64,000 nucleotides of DNA from a virus. Positions 15,772 to 25,857 of the stretch are shown piece after piece (the first letter of the stretch is position 1; each line of letters begins with the position of its first letter). The DNA lies in the UHGV virus genome UHGV-1351569. The stretch is one strand, 5' to 3'. The notes under the pieces were generated by a model, which saw only the letters and a program-made list of their open reading frames with translations, did not search any database and was not told the DNA's origin. The position numbers and the translations under genes are program-made.

Positions 15772-16266
15772 TTATTGCCTCTCATATACGTAGCTTCTCA
15801 ATTTATTAGCCCAACGACTCCAATTTCCAACTATAGTTTTTGTGTAATTTTTAACAAGAGTTTTTCTTATTGGAGCTGGAGGATTCGTTGGTTCAGTAGT
15901 ATCAGAAGATGACCTAGAATTACTGCCAGAACCTCCAGATTCACTTTGTTCTTGGTAGTCATATATTAATGTTACTTCGTAAGTGAATGTCTTCTGGAGA
16001 TTTTGAGGAGCTTTCCATAAATACAACTGAGTGTCAGAATCAGTAGGAAGTTCTTCCCATGAAGCAGCAGTTTTAAATTCATCGCCTAAACGATATTTCA
16101 ACGCGTCATTTCCGAAACCAAATACAGATTCATATGTTCCATATAAGCGATTTTCTTCTACTAAAACCCCAGGAGTTTCTTCGTAACTAGTTATATTTAT
16201 AGATACTAACGTTTCACCTGTTTCTAATTGAGCGGTAAAGGTGACGTCGATAGAAGAACCTTCCAT
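15772..16266 (-). CDS. hypothetical protein (gp5.1-like)
   Basis: ORF between 5 and 5.4; start chosen at the Met preceded by AGGAGA ([10 protein letters not shown]...), the longer ORF would overlap gene 5. Confidence 0.55.
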
Positions 16267-16300
16267 GGATTCTCCTAAATCAGTGCTCATTGGAAGTATA

Positions 16301-18028
16301 TTAGCCAATGTCAATCCTCGATCCATCAATTGTGTATTGACCAGATGAAATAGAACTCATAGATGCCATTTTTTCTGTCCAATCACCACCAACGTCCCAA
16401 TCAACTGTCCCAGCAACTTTCCAAGAAAGATTTCCATTTACTGTATTAGTCTGATTTCCTTCAACTAAAGTGGTAGCATCTCCTTTAACTGTAATGTCAG
16501 CATTACCTTCAACTACAATAGTAACATTACCTTTGACTAGGATAGTTCCATTACCTTCAACCGTCTTAGTTTCATCGCCACGCACAAATATTGTATTGCT
16601 TCCATCTATTTGGTGGAGACGATTATCCATGTTGTAATAAATTTCTGACCCACCGACGTTAGTCTTTTTATCACCAGCTACCAAAAAATTACCATCAGCA
16701 TTTGTTATATCATACAAATTATCAACAGTTTTTCTTGTTCTTCTTCCTGACGGTGATACTTCCTCATATGTTCCAGTCGGATGAACTAATCTGTATCGTT
16801 CTTGTCCCGGGGTATCGTCAAATTCCTGAATATGACCGCTTTCAGTTTCCATTGTGTGAACATACGGATATTCACCTTTATATGAAGAAACAGGTTCTTT
16901 GAATAAAATTCTTGAATCATTCGGAATAGGAGGATCAGCCGGGTCAGAAGACTTTGCTACAGTAGCAGCCATTGCAGACAAAGACCTAGCCGGTGTTTTC
17001 ACTTCAATACCGTATGATTCCAAATTCCCTGTAAGAATAATCATGGTAACACGAGATGCACGGCCTTTTGTTTGTTGATACCACAATGAATCACGACCAG
17101 CTTTATATGCTTTTTCCCAATCTCCGGCTAACATAGCTGTTAACATTGTGTTAAATTTAGCTACACCGCCAACACCCATCTGAAATGCCATATTTTCTAA
17201 TGCCATTTGACGAGAACGATTAACTGCTTTCCAAACTGGGCCAACTTTAGAATGTGATTTAATGTCACGTTGCATATCAGCCAAATCGCGTTCAAATAAA
17301 GTTACCGCTTCTTCCATTGTAATAGAACCTGGATTTCCGGTAATTTCACGACCAACTTGTTTTGATAAAACTTTATTAATTTGGGTCATATCACGAACTG
17401 GCTGCTTCATGATAAGATGACCAATGCCAATTGTCGGATATCCTTCAGTATCCCAATAAACTTTTAGTCTTAATCCTTCATCACGGCGAAGCATTTCAGC
17501 CATTGACATATTTGGATTATCATCAGTTGGAATTTCTGATAACGGTCTATCATCAGGATTTATCGCAGTGTCTAGATTACTATCTTGGATAATATTAGAA
17601 GACGAATCATATCCTACTTCTCCGCCTTGGTTTAATACGTTAGTATCATTTCCTAGACGTCTAGGATACTGTCCAGTTGGGTCAGAAAATCCTTCAAGTC
17701 TATTAGGCTTTTCGCGAACTATTCCACCATACGTGCCAAGGACAATTCCGTTAGTTTTCCATTTGTCTAAAAAATGACCATAAACTCTAGTTCCTTCTAC
17801 TGGCCCTGTAACAGAACCTCCAATTCCAGACATTGCTGCAGAAGTTATCGGTTGAATAACTGACATCCATGGCAATTTATCGGTTGGAATACCCATTACA
17901 TCGCCTTGTGCTCTCTGAGGCGGATGCAGACCAACCACACGAACACGAACACGACCTAATTTTAATGGGTCCATTCTATCTTCAACAACACCAACAAACC
18001 AATTAAGGTTATTACTTATCATTTCCAT
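16301..18028 (-). CDS. 5: baseplate hub subunit and tail lysozyme gp5
   Basis: 575 aa; internal lysozyme motif LRRDEGLRLKVYWDTEGYPTIGIGHL similar to gene e product; C-terminal VxGNxT beta-helix repeats. Confidence 0.9.
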   Translation of the reverse strand: MEMISNNLNWFVGVVEDRMDPLKLGRVRVRVVGLHPPQRAQGDVMGIPTDKLPWMSVIQPITSAAMSGIGGSVTGPVEGTRVYGHFLDKWKTNGIVLGTYGGIVREKPNRLEGFSDPTGQYPRRLGNDTNVLNQGGEVGYDSSSNIIQDSNLDTAINPDDRPLSEIPTDDNPNMSMAEMLRRDEGLRLKVYWDTEGYPTIGIGHLIMKQPVRDMTQINKVLSKQVGREITGNPGSITMEEAVTLFERDLADMQRDIKSHSKVGPVWKAVNRSRQMALENMAFQMGVGGVAKFNTMLTAMLAGDWEKAYKAGRDSLWYQQTKGRASRVTMIILTGNLESYGIEVKTPARSLSAMAATVAKSSDPADPPIPNDSRILFKEPVSSYKGEYPYVHTMETESGHIQEFDDTPGQERYRLVHPTGTYEEVSPSGRRTRKTVDNLYDITNADGNFLVAGDKKTNVGGSEIYYNMDNRLHQIDGSNTIFVRGDETKTVEGNGTILVKGNVTIVVEGNADITVKGDATTLVEGNQTNTVNGNLSWKVAGTVDWDVGGDWTEKMASMSSISSGQYTIDGSRIDIG

Positions 18029-18602
18029 AAGATTTCTCCATTATACGTATAAGGTCGTTCATAAATGAATTAATGTCTGATTTTGCTATTATTTTTATTT
18101 GACGAAGTTTTTCATTTTCAAGAACAGCAGCTTCATACGTATCGACCGCAGCAAGTGCTCCTTCATATTGAGGATATTTTCTAGCTTTATCGCCTTTATC
18201 ATACCAAATATATGGATTATCATCGTATGATATTAAATTATAAAATTTTTCACCGTTCTCATTCACGTGATATACTATTTGGTCTCCACCCACATTTTTG
18301 TATTTTTGTATAGATGCTTGATAAGCAGCTTCTTGTGAAGTAATCCATCCATAATACGGATCATAATTATCATTACACATCAATAAAACCCAATACAACT
18401 GTGGATTTCCATATATAGCATTTGCTAATTCTTCTGGGCGCGGTGAACCTTTAATATAATAAGTACGTAAGCGGTATCCCGCAAGAGCACGTTTGAAATA
18501 GTCTTTATAGTTTCTAAAAATATCTGTCATAGGAATAGTCGGCGCGTTTTTATTCACCGTTTTGGCCGCATATTCAATCGGATCAAAAAATGTAAAGAGC
18601 AT
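18012..18602 (-). CDS. 53: baseplate wedge protein gp53
   Basis: 196-aa ORF immediately upstream of gene 5, divergent from gene 4. Confidence 0.8.
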   Translation of the reverse strand: MLFTFFDPIEYAAKTVNKNAPTIPMTDIFRNYKDYFKRALAGYRLRTYYIKGSPRPEELANAIYGNPQLYWVLLMCNDNYDPYYGWITSQEAAYQASIQKYKNVGGDQIVYHVNENGEKFYNLISYDDNPYIWYDKGDKARKYPQYEGALAAVDTYEAAVLENEKLRQIKIIAKSDINSFMNDLIRIMEKSYGNDK

Positions 18603-18615
18603 GGGCCCTCCTGTT

Positions 18616-18623
18616 TATAAATA
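18616..18623 (+). promoter_or_regulatory. late promoter TATAAATA for gene 4
   Basis: TATAAATA 27 nt upstream of the gene 4 ATG. Confidence 0.6.
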
Positions 18624-18630
18624 TATTATC

Positions 18631-18638
18631 TATTTATA
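18631..18638 (-). promoter_or_regulatory. late promoter TATAAATA for gene 53 (divergent)
   Basis: reverse complement of TATTTATA is TATAAATA, about 29 nt upstream of the gene 53 start on the minus strand. Confidence 0.6.
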
Positions 18639-18649
18639 AGGAGAATCCA

Positions 18650-19102
18650 ATGGCATATTCTGGAAAATGGGTTCCTAAAAATATATCAAAATATAGAGGT
18701 GACCCTAAAAAAATTACGTATAGATCAAATTGGGAAAAATTCTTTTTTGAATGGTTAGATAAAAATCCAGAAATTATTGCATGGGGTAGTGAAACAGCAG
18801 TAATTCCTTATTTTTGTAATGCAGAAGGGAAAAAACGTAGATACTTCATGGATATTTGGATGAAAGATTCTTCTGGACAAGAATTTTTTATTGAAATAAA
18901 ACCTAAAAAAGAAACACAACCACCAGTTAAACCGGCACATCTAACAACTGCAGCGAAGAAAAGATTTATGAATGAAATTTATACATATTCCGTTAATACT
19001 GACAAATGGAAAGCAGCGCAATCTTTAGCTGAAAAGCGTGGAATAAAATTTAGAATTTTAACAGAAGATGGATTACGAGCTCTTGGCTTTAAGGGGGCAT
19101 AA
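18650..19102 (+). CDS. 4: head completion protein gp4
   Basis: 150-aa ORF, size and position as T4 gp4. Confidence 0.8.
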   Translation: MAYSGKWVPKNISKYRGDPKKITYRSNWEKFFFEWLDKNPEIIAWGSETAVIPYFCNAEGKKRRYFMDIWMKDSSGQEFFIEIKPKKETQPPVKPAHLTTAAKKRFMNEIYTYSVNTDKWKAAQSLAEKRGIKFRILTEDGLRALGFKGA

Positions 19103-19926
19103 TGGCTATTTTTCAAATAATTAATGAAAGCACTCCCCAAGTTCCAAAGGTTAAGCAATCATTAAACGAAAAGAAATGGATTCAGATAGGTCTTGAATAC
19201 AAAAAGGCCAAAGCAAAAGGAATGACAGGAAAGCAATTTGCCGAAGAAAGAGGAATAAAATACTCTACGTTTACTTCAGCAATGTCAAAATATGCTTCAG
19301 GAATTAAAACAGCTGAAAAGATTCAAAAGCTTGAATCAAAACCAATGAATAAACTCAATAAGCAAGAAAGACAACTGCTTATGATAAATTCATTCAGGCA
19401 AACATTGCGTGATAAAATTCGTAATGAAGGTGCAGCAATTAATAATAAAACCAAAAAGTGGTTTGCTGAAACTATTAAGCAGGTAAAAGGACATAAAGTT
19501 GTTCGCCCGCAGCCGGGACGAATATATGCTTTTGCTTATGATGCTAAACATAAAGAAACTCTTCCTTATTGGGATAAATTTCCTTTGATAATTTATCTTG
19601 GTTTAGGTAAACATAATTTAATGTATGGATTGAACTTGCACTATATTCCACCTAAAGCTCGTCAGCAATTTCTAGAAGAGCTTTTAAAGCAATACTCAAA
19701 TACACCTACTATTACTAATAAAACGAAATTAAAAATTGATTGGAGTCAAGTGAAAGGATTTAGGGGTGCAGATCAAATGATTAAGGCATATATACCCGGT
19801 AATATTATGGGTAGCCTTGTTGAAATCGCCCCGAAAGACTGGGCGAACGTTGTGTTAATGCCACTTCAGCAGTTCGTTTCAAAAGGAAAACGTTTCTCTG
19901 CAAACAAAGTCTGGTCAAATATCTAA
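19102..19926 (+). CDS. 2: DNA end protector protein gp2
   Basis: 274-aa basic protein, start overlaps gene 4 stop (TAATG). Confidence 0.8.
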   Translation: MAIFQIINESTPQVPKVKQSLNEKKWIQIGLEYKKAKAKGMTGKQFAEERGIKYSTFTSAMSKYASGIKTAEKIQKLESKPMNKLNKQERQLLMINSFRQTLRDKIRNEGAAINNKTKKWFAETIKQVKGHKVVRPQPGRIYAFAYDAKHKETLPYWDKFPLIIYLGLGKHNLMYGLNLHYIPPKARQQFLEELLKQYSNTPTITNKTKLKIDWSQVKGFRGADQMIKAYIPGNIMGSLVEIAPKDWANVVLMPLQQFVSKGKRFSANKVWSNI

Positions 19927-20032
19927 TTCTATTATCTTCCATTCTTTTCTATTGTTTGTTCTAATTGGAATTGAATGGAAGGGACTTAGACCCATTATAC
20001 CACCAACATTTATAAAGCATTATGAGGAATAT

Positions 20033-20563
20033 ATGTCGCAAGCACTGCAACAAATTTTTAACCAAGCAAATACAACTAACTTTGTAGTATCAATACCGCA
20101 TAGTAATACTACATCTGCTTTTACTTTAAATGCTCAGTCAGTTCCTATTCCGGGAATTAGGATACCTGTTACTGATACCGTGACTGGGCCGTTTGGACTA
20201 GGTAGAGCACAGCGTCCAGGAGTTACATTTGAGTACGATCCACTCATCGTGAGATTTATAGTTGATGAAGAACTTAAGTCGTGGATAGGAATGTATGAAT
20301 GGATGCTAGGAACTAGCAACTATCTTACAGGCGAAAATACTGCCCAAAAAACAGGTCCTGAATACATTACGCTTTACATTTTAGATAATAGTAAAACTGA
20401 AATCGTGATGTCAATAAATTTTTATAAGCCCTGGGTTTCTGACCTGTCTGAAGTAGAATTTAGCTACACGGAAGATTCAGACCCAGCTTTAGTATGTACA
20501 GCAACGATTCCTTATACGTATTTTCAAGTAGAAAAAGATGGTAAAATTATAGCAGAAGTTTAA
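20033..20563 (+). CDS. 3: tail completion / sheath stabilizer protein gp3
   Basis: start taken at internal Met (MSQALQQIFNQ...) giving 176 aa. Confidence 0.75.
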   Translation: MSQALQQIFNQANTTNFVVSIPHSNTTSAFTLNAQSVPIPGIRIPVTDTVTGPFGLGRAQRPGVTFEYDPLIVRFIVDEELKSWIGMYEWMLGTSNYLTGENTAQKTGPEYITLYILDNSKTEIVMSINFYKPWVSDLSEVEFSYTEDSDPALVCTATIPYTYFQVEKDGKIIAEV

Positions 20564-20587
20564 TGCTTCAGTTTCATGTGTTATAAT
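20564..20587 (+). promoter_or_regulatory. middle (MotA-dependent type) promoter for gene 1
   Basis: MotA box TGCTTCA at 20564-20570, 11 nt spacer, TATAAT at 20582-20587. Confidence 0.55.
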
Positions 20588-20612
20588 CTTAACTAAATTT
20601 GAGGAGAAACAT

Positions 20613-21325
20613 ATGAAACTAATCTTTTTAAGTGGTGTAAAGCGTAGTGGAAAAGATACTACTGCAGATTTTATCATGAATAATTATTCTGCAGTTAAAT
20701 ATCAACTTGCTGGTCCTATTAAAGATGCATTGGCTTATGCATGGGGTGTATTTGCAGCAAACACTGACTATCCTTGTTTAACTCGTAAAGAGTTTGAAGG
20801 AATTGACTATGATCGTGAAACTAATTTAAATCTGACTAAATTAGAAGTAATTACGATTATGGAACAAGCATTTTGCTATCTTAATAGTAAAAGCCCAATT
20901 AAAGGTGTGTTTGTTTTTGATGACGCAGTTAATTTCGTAGCATTTAACAAGATTGCTGACGTTATAAATAATATTGAAGATCAATGGTCAGTCCGTCGTC
21001 TGATGCAAGCCCTAGGTACGGATTTGATTGTTAATAACTTCGACCGCATGTATTGGGTAAAATTATTTGCTTTAGATTATCTTGATAAATTTAACTCAGG
21101 TTATGATTATTATATCGTTCCTGATACCCGTCAAGATCATGAAATGGATGCGGCTAGGGCGATGGGTGCTACAGTAATTCATGTAGTTCGTCCTGGTCAA
21201 AAATCCAATGATACACATATTACAGAAGCTGGATTGCCAATTCGTGATGGCGATTTAGTAATTACAAACGATGGTTCTCTTGAAGAACTTTTTTCTAAAA
21301 TTAAAAATACACTAAAGGTACTATA

Positions 21326-21326
<1 letters not shown>
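20613..21326 (+). CDS. 1: deoxynucleoside monophosphate kinase gp1
   Basis: 237 aa, P-loop GVKRSGKDT; translation recognised as T4 dNMP kinase. Confidence 0.9.
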
Positions 21327-22023
<697 letters not shown>

Positions 22024-22035
22024 TTTCACAAAGTT

Positions 22036-22065
22036 GTTTACATGCTGATGAGGTAGTGATACTAT
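22036..22065 (+). promoter_or_regulatory. early promoter (-35 GTTTAC, -10 GATACTAT inside a GATGAG...CTCATC stem-loop)
   Basis: T4 early-promoter-like -35/-10 pair preceded by TAATTTCACAAAGTT. Confidence 0.6.
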
Positions 22066-22095
22066 TATCTCATCAAAATTAATTAGGAAAATAAA

Positions 22096-22353
22096 ATGAA
22101 AACTTTCAAAGAGTTTGCTACAAAAACTACTATTACTGAATCTTCTCATGGTATGGAAGTAAAGCTTGGAATGGCTTTAGCTGAAGCTGAGCGTCTTTTC
22201 TCTCGTATTAAAGAACTTGCTGCTGCAGTCGATCCTTCATCTTTTAAAGGAGACCAAACGAAAGTTAAAGCACTTTTAGCATTATGCTCCGATGCAGGAG
22301 AAATTGCTAAAAACGGTTCTAAGATGAAGAAACGATTAGAAGATTTAAAATAA
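22096..22353 (+). CDS. small protein with capsid-targeting-like N-terminus (internal-protein-like)
   Basis: 85 aa, starts MKTFKEFATK..., strong RBS AGGAAA; occupies the position of ipI. Confidence 0.55.
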   Translation: MKTFKEFATKTTITESSHGMEVKLGMALAEAERLFSRIKELAAAVDPSSFKGDQTKVKALLALCSDAGEIAKNGSKMKKRLEDLK

Positions 22354-22366
22354 TTTCACAAAGTTA

Positions 22367-22395
22367 TTTACACATGGTTTTAGTAGTGATACTAT
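22367..22395 (+). promoter_or_regulatory. early promoter (repeat of the 22036 module)
   Basis: TAATTTCACAAAGTTATTTACA ... GTGATACTAT within a GGTA...TACC inverted repeat. Confidence 0.6.
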
Positions 22396-22429
22396 TACCC
22401 TATCAAAACAAAACCAAATGGAAATCAAA

Positions 22430-22738
22430 ATGAAAACTTACCAAGAATTTATCAATGAAGCAGCTGCGCCAAAGACATTTGTTATTAATACTCAAGCGAG
22501 TCTTGATGACGAGTACGCAGAGGCAATTTTGAAGTCACTTGCTAAGAACGGTGTTGAAGTGTCTGCATCGGACTTTAAGAAAGGGGCTTCCGAGATGTTT
22601 ATTTCTATAACTAAAGGATCTAAAGCTAAAATTAAATCATCATTCGGAGTTGCTCGTGCCGATCAAATCGACAACCATGACTTTAAACAAACTGGTGCTA
22701 AACGACAGAACACAATTGCATCACGTGGAATAAAATAG
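22430..22738 (+). CDS. internal-protein-like protein with capsid targeting sequence
   Basis: begins MKTYQEFINEA (consensus capsid-targeting sequence of T4 internal proteins, prohead protease site after ...xE). Confidence 0.6.
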   Translation: MKTYQEFINEAAAPKTFVINTQASLDDEYAEAILKSLAKNGVEVSASDFKKGASEMFISITKGSKAKIKSSFGVARADQIDNHDFKQTGAKRQNTIASRGIK

Positions 22739-22750
22739 TTTTATAAAATT

Positions 22751-22780
22751 GTTTACTTTTAGATGGGGTAGTGATACTAT
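22751..22780 (+). promoter_or_regulatory. early promoter (third copy of the module)
   Basis: GTTTAC ... GTGATACTAT inside a GGGTA...TACCC inverted repeat. Confidence 0.6.
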
Positions 22781-22808
22781 TACCCTATCAACTACTGAGG
22801 AGAATAAA

Positions 22809-22994
22809 ATGAAACGTTGTGAATTAATTCGAAATGTTGCTATTGCAATTTCTGCTTCTGCTTTTAGTTTTTCAATGTTTGTTGGATTTATATGCGGATT
22901 ATTAACTACAGCAGAAAACGTTTTTTCACTTGTAGTAGCATTTTTAATTGGTTTAATTGCTATCGTTATGGATAAAATTTCTAAAGGTGAATAG
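22809..22994 (+). CDS. small predicted membrane protein
   Basis: 61 aa, RBS GAGGAG, hydrophobic segments. Confidence 0.5.
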   Translation: MKRCELIRNVAIAISASAFSFSMFVGFICGLLTTAENVFSLVVAFLIGLIAIVMDKISKGE

Positions 22995-22995
22995 A

Positions 22996-23379
22996 ATGTA
23001 TAAAGTGTACGCGGATTATCAGGCTAATCCATCTAAAAAGCCAAATTGTCAAATAGGATGGGCTCATGATACTTTGCTTGAAGCAGTAGATGCTGCTCAA
23101 AAATTGGGATATAAATATGTAGAGATTGTTCAACTTCCATCAGGAACAGTTATTACTCTTGAAGAGTTCAATAATATTAAACCAAACTTTTTACTTTTTG
23201 CAGGTGATAATTATTATCCTCGCGGTGGATATGCTGATTTAATCGCGAAAGCCGCTACCGAAGATGAACTCCGTGATATTATCAAAGAAAATGAAAACAA
23301 ACCGATGTATGGTTCTAATCGCTTTGATTGGTGGCAAATCGTAAATGCCCATACTCATACTATTGTTGATGAAGGTTAA
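22996..23379 (+). CDS. hypothetical protein
   Basis: 127 aa from RBS-supported ATG. Confidence 0.5.
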   Translation: MYKVYADYQANPSKKPNCQIGWAHDTLLEAVDAAQKLGYKYVEIVQLPSGTVITLEEFNNIKPNFLLFAGDNYYPRGGYADLIAKAATEDELRDIIKENENKPMYGSNRFDWWQIVNAHTHTIVDEG

Positions 23380-23381
23380 TA

Positions 23382-23672
23382 ATGATTCTTTATGCGAAAG
23401 TATCATCCATTGAAAATGGATATAAATATGATCAAGAAGCAGCTAAAGCCTTGATTGATGATTATGGCATTTTAACATGTTTTGAAGTTGAAAAGGTTTA
23501 CATTGACCGTTCATCTTCTCAAGTTAAATTAGTGAAGGAAGACCGTAAATTTAACACAGTTAACTTTGATTTCTTTATTGAAACGGAAAAAGGTCCTCTT
23601 GAATATGATATTTTCAAGAATCCTTTGGGTCTTGAATGTATTCAGAAAACGTATATTAATGCAGCGTGGTGA
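23382..23672 (+). CDS. hypothetical protein
   Basis: 96-aa ORF. Confidence 0.5.
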   Translation: MILYAKVSSIENGYKYDQEAAKALIDDYGILTCFEVEKVYIDRSSSQVKLVKEDRKFNTVNFDFFIETEKGPLEYDIFKNPLGLECIQKTYINAAW

Positions 23673-23674
23673 AA

Positions 23675-24190
23675 ATGAATATTTGTTTAGGTACTACAAT
23701 TCCGCAAGGTTATGTGATTGATGTAACTACATGGGAAAATGATGGTGACAACTATAAAACCAAAACACTGTTTGGCGTAGAAGAGCATGAAATCTTACAA
23801 TTCCAATATCTTTTAAAGAAGTTTAAAAGCCGACATTCTAGTACTAAAATTGAGCACTATTGTGGTAATGCTTCGTTCAGTGAGCAATCGCTTTTTATCT
23901 ATGAATACTTGGTTGAAGGACTGTTCTCAGACCAGCTTTGTTCAGAATTCATTAAAAAGGTCTTTGATATAGAAGTTGACCTTGGTAATAAATCCGAAGA
24001 AGACGAAGAACGTGTATTTGACTTATTCTTTGCGAACGGTAATAAAGTGCTTGAAGGACTTATTAATATTTTAGGCAGTGCTTCTGAATATTATGATTAT
24101 GATTTTCTGCGTGTAGTTGAGAGTGTTAAATACTCTTATATAGAAAAAGAAATTGTTTTGCCGACCGTTAAAATGTTTAATTTGCTTTAA
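23675..24190 (+). CDS. hypothetical protein
   Basis: 171 aa from first ATG (ORF track begins at GTG 23666). Confidence 0.5.
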   Translation: MNICLGTTIPQGYVIDVTTWENDGDNYKTKTLFGVEEHEILQFQYLLKKFKSRHSSTKIEHYCGNASFSEQSLFIYEYLVEGLFSDQLCSEFIKKVFDIEVDLGNKSEEDEERVFDLFFANGNKVLEGLINILGSASEYYDYDFLRVVESVKYSYIEKEIVLPTVKMFNLL

Positions 24191-24276
24191 GAATTATTTG
24201 TTATTATTAACTCATACCGCACTGATTAATACCCTCTATCATCAAGGGTTCTTATTTGAGAGCCTTTGTTAATAAT

Positions 24277-24349
24277 TGGGAATTAGCCAAGTTGGTAAGG
24301 CACTGGATTTTGATTCCAGGATGCAAAGGTTCGAGTCCTTTATTCCCAG
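24277..24349 (+). tRNA. tRNA-Gln (anticodon UUG), CCA not encoded
   Basis: cloverleaf read by hand: acceptor TGGGAAT/ATTCCCA, anticodon stem CTGGA/TCCAG, loop TTTTGAT. Confidence 0.8.
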
Positions 24350-24350
24350 C

Positions 24351-24437
24351 GCGAGAATGGTCAAATTGGTAAAGGCACAGCACTTAAAATGCTGCGGAAT
24401 GATTTCCTTGTGGGTTCGAGTCCCACTTCTCGCACCA
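24351..24437 (+). tRNA. tRNA-Leu (anticodon UAA), type II long variable arm
   Basis: acceptor GCGAGAA/TTCTCGC, anticodon loop CTTAAAA, encoded CCA. Confidence 0.8.
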
Positions 24438-24442
24438 AATTT

Positions 24443-24516
<74 letters not shown>

Positions 24517-24526
24517 ATTTAATTTA

Positions 24527-24603
24527 CTCCGTGTAGCTCAGTTTGGTAGAGCACCTCACTTGTAATGAGGATGTCGGCGGTTCGATTCCGTCAATCAGCA
24601 CCA
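24527..24603 (+). tRNA. tRNA-like gene with Thr anticodon UGU but non-complementary acceptor stem (probable hybrid / pseudo-tRNA)
   Basis: D, anticodon and T arms fold normally; 5' acceptor strand CTCCGTG cannot pair with 3' strand AATCAGC (4 of 7 mismatches). Confidence 0.55.
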
Positions 24604-24604
24604 A

Positions 24605-24676
24605 GGCCCTGTAGCTGGAAGGTTCAAGCAAGCGACTCATAATCGCCAGATGGTGGTTCAATTCCACCCAGGGCCA
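24605..24676 (+). tRNA. tRNA-Ile (anticodon CAU, lysidine type), CCA not encoded
   Basis: acceptor GGCCCTG/CAGGGCC, T arm GGTGG-TTCAATT-CCACC, anticodon loop CTCATAA. Confidence 0.7.
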
Positions 24677-24717
24677 TATTTTGGGAACATAAATACTCTT
24701 AGAAATAGGAGATATTT

Positions 24718-25383
24718 ATGTTCTATTACACTTATAAAATAACAAATAAAATTAATAATAAAATTTATATTGGTGTGCATTCTACCGAAAATTTAGATGA
24801 TGGATATATGGGTTCTGGTAAATTATTAAAAAGAGCCCAAGATAAATATGGTATAGAAAATTTTTCTAAAGAAATATTAGAGTATTTTGATGATAAAGAA
24901 TCTATGCTTGAAGCCGAGAAAAATATTGTTACAGAAGAGTTTTTAAATAGACCAGATGTGTATAATTTAAAACTTGGCGGTGAAGGTGGATGGGACCATA
25001 TAAATATTCCTGGGATGCTAAACCAGAAGAAAGACGCTAGTTTAAAAGGAGCTAAATCGTTTAAGTCACGTTTTAAAAATGATATTTTACTTCAAGAAAA
25101 ATATCGTAAACATGGTTCAAATGTATTTAAACAGCTTTGGGATAATCCTAAGTATAGAGAGAAATTTTTAAATACTAAATCTTTCTTGGGTAAGACCCAT
25201 ACTCTTGAAACTATTAATAAAATGAAAGAATCTCACGCCAGAAATAAACACCAACAGGGCGAAAAGAATTCCCAATTTGGTATGATGTGGATTCATTCAT
25301 TAGATGAAAAAGTTTCTAAACGTATTAAGAAAACTGACCCAATTCCAGAAGGATGGTTTAAAGGTCGAAAAATGAAATTTTAA
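24718..25383 (+). CDS. segB: GIY-YIG homing endonuclease SegB
   Basis: 221 aa; N-terminal YKITNKINNKIYIGVHS...GYMGSG GIY-YIG motif; located inside the tRNA cluster as T4 segB. Confidence 0.85.
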   Translation: MFYYTYKITNKINNKIYIGVHSTENLDDGYMGSGKLLKRAQDKYGIENFSKEILEYFDDKESMLEAEKNIVTEEFLNRPDVYNLKLGGEGGWDHINIPGMLNQKKDASLKGAKSFKSRFKNDILLQEKYRKHGSNVFKQLWDNPKYREKFLNTKSFLGKTHTLETINKMKESHARNKHQQGEKNSQFGMMWIHSLDEKVSKRIKKTDPIPEGWFKGRKMKF

Positions 25384-25386
25384 TTA

Positions 25387-25463
<77 letters not shown>

Positions 25464-25780
25464 AACAAGAAACCGGGTCGCTACCGGTAAGTCGTCGGAC
25501 TGATGTTCCCTGTTTAAGGACTGGCATTAATAAATCTTTATGTTTTGTTGATGCCCTCTTACATCACAGCAGAAACGGCGCACCGAATTATCGATTCGAG
25601 GAAATATTTTTGCCGTAAGCCGAGTAGCGTTTTTGACGGAACGTTCGGATATGGTCGAGATATGGCCTTTTAAAAATATTGAGTAGCGTCAACTGCTTAA
25701 TAACCGGGTTCGAATCCCGGCGTTTCGTACAAACACTTGCCTTAGCAGGTGGAACCCCGACAAGGTTGCCGCAAGGCTTA
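25464..25780 (+). ncRNA. small stable RNA region (rnaC/rnaD-like)
   Basis: ORF-free 0.3 kb directly after tRNA-Arg with tRNA-like T-arm CCGGG-TTCGAAT-CCCGG; T4 encodes two stable RNAs at this position. Confidence 0.4.
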
Positions 25781-25807
25781 GCCCCAACCGAAAGGTTGGG
25801 GCTTTTT
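25781..25807 (+). terminator. rho-independent terminator (GCCCCAACC-gaaa-GGTTGGGGC + T5)
   Basis: 9-bp stem, GAAA loop, T-run. Confidence 0.7.
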
Positions 25808-25809
25808 AG

Positions 25810-25817
25810 TATAAATA
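25810..25817 (+). promoter_or_regulatory. late promoter TATAAATA
   Basis: TATAAATA about 40 nt upstream of the 25858 ORF. Confidence 0.5.
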
Positions 25818-25857
25818 TAGTAGTATATTAAATCCACGAATTAAAACAGGAAATAAG

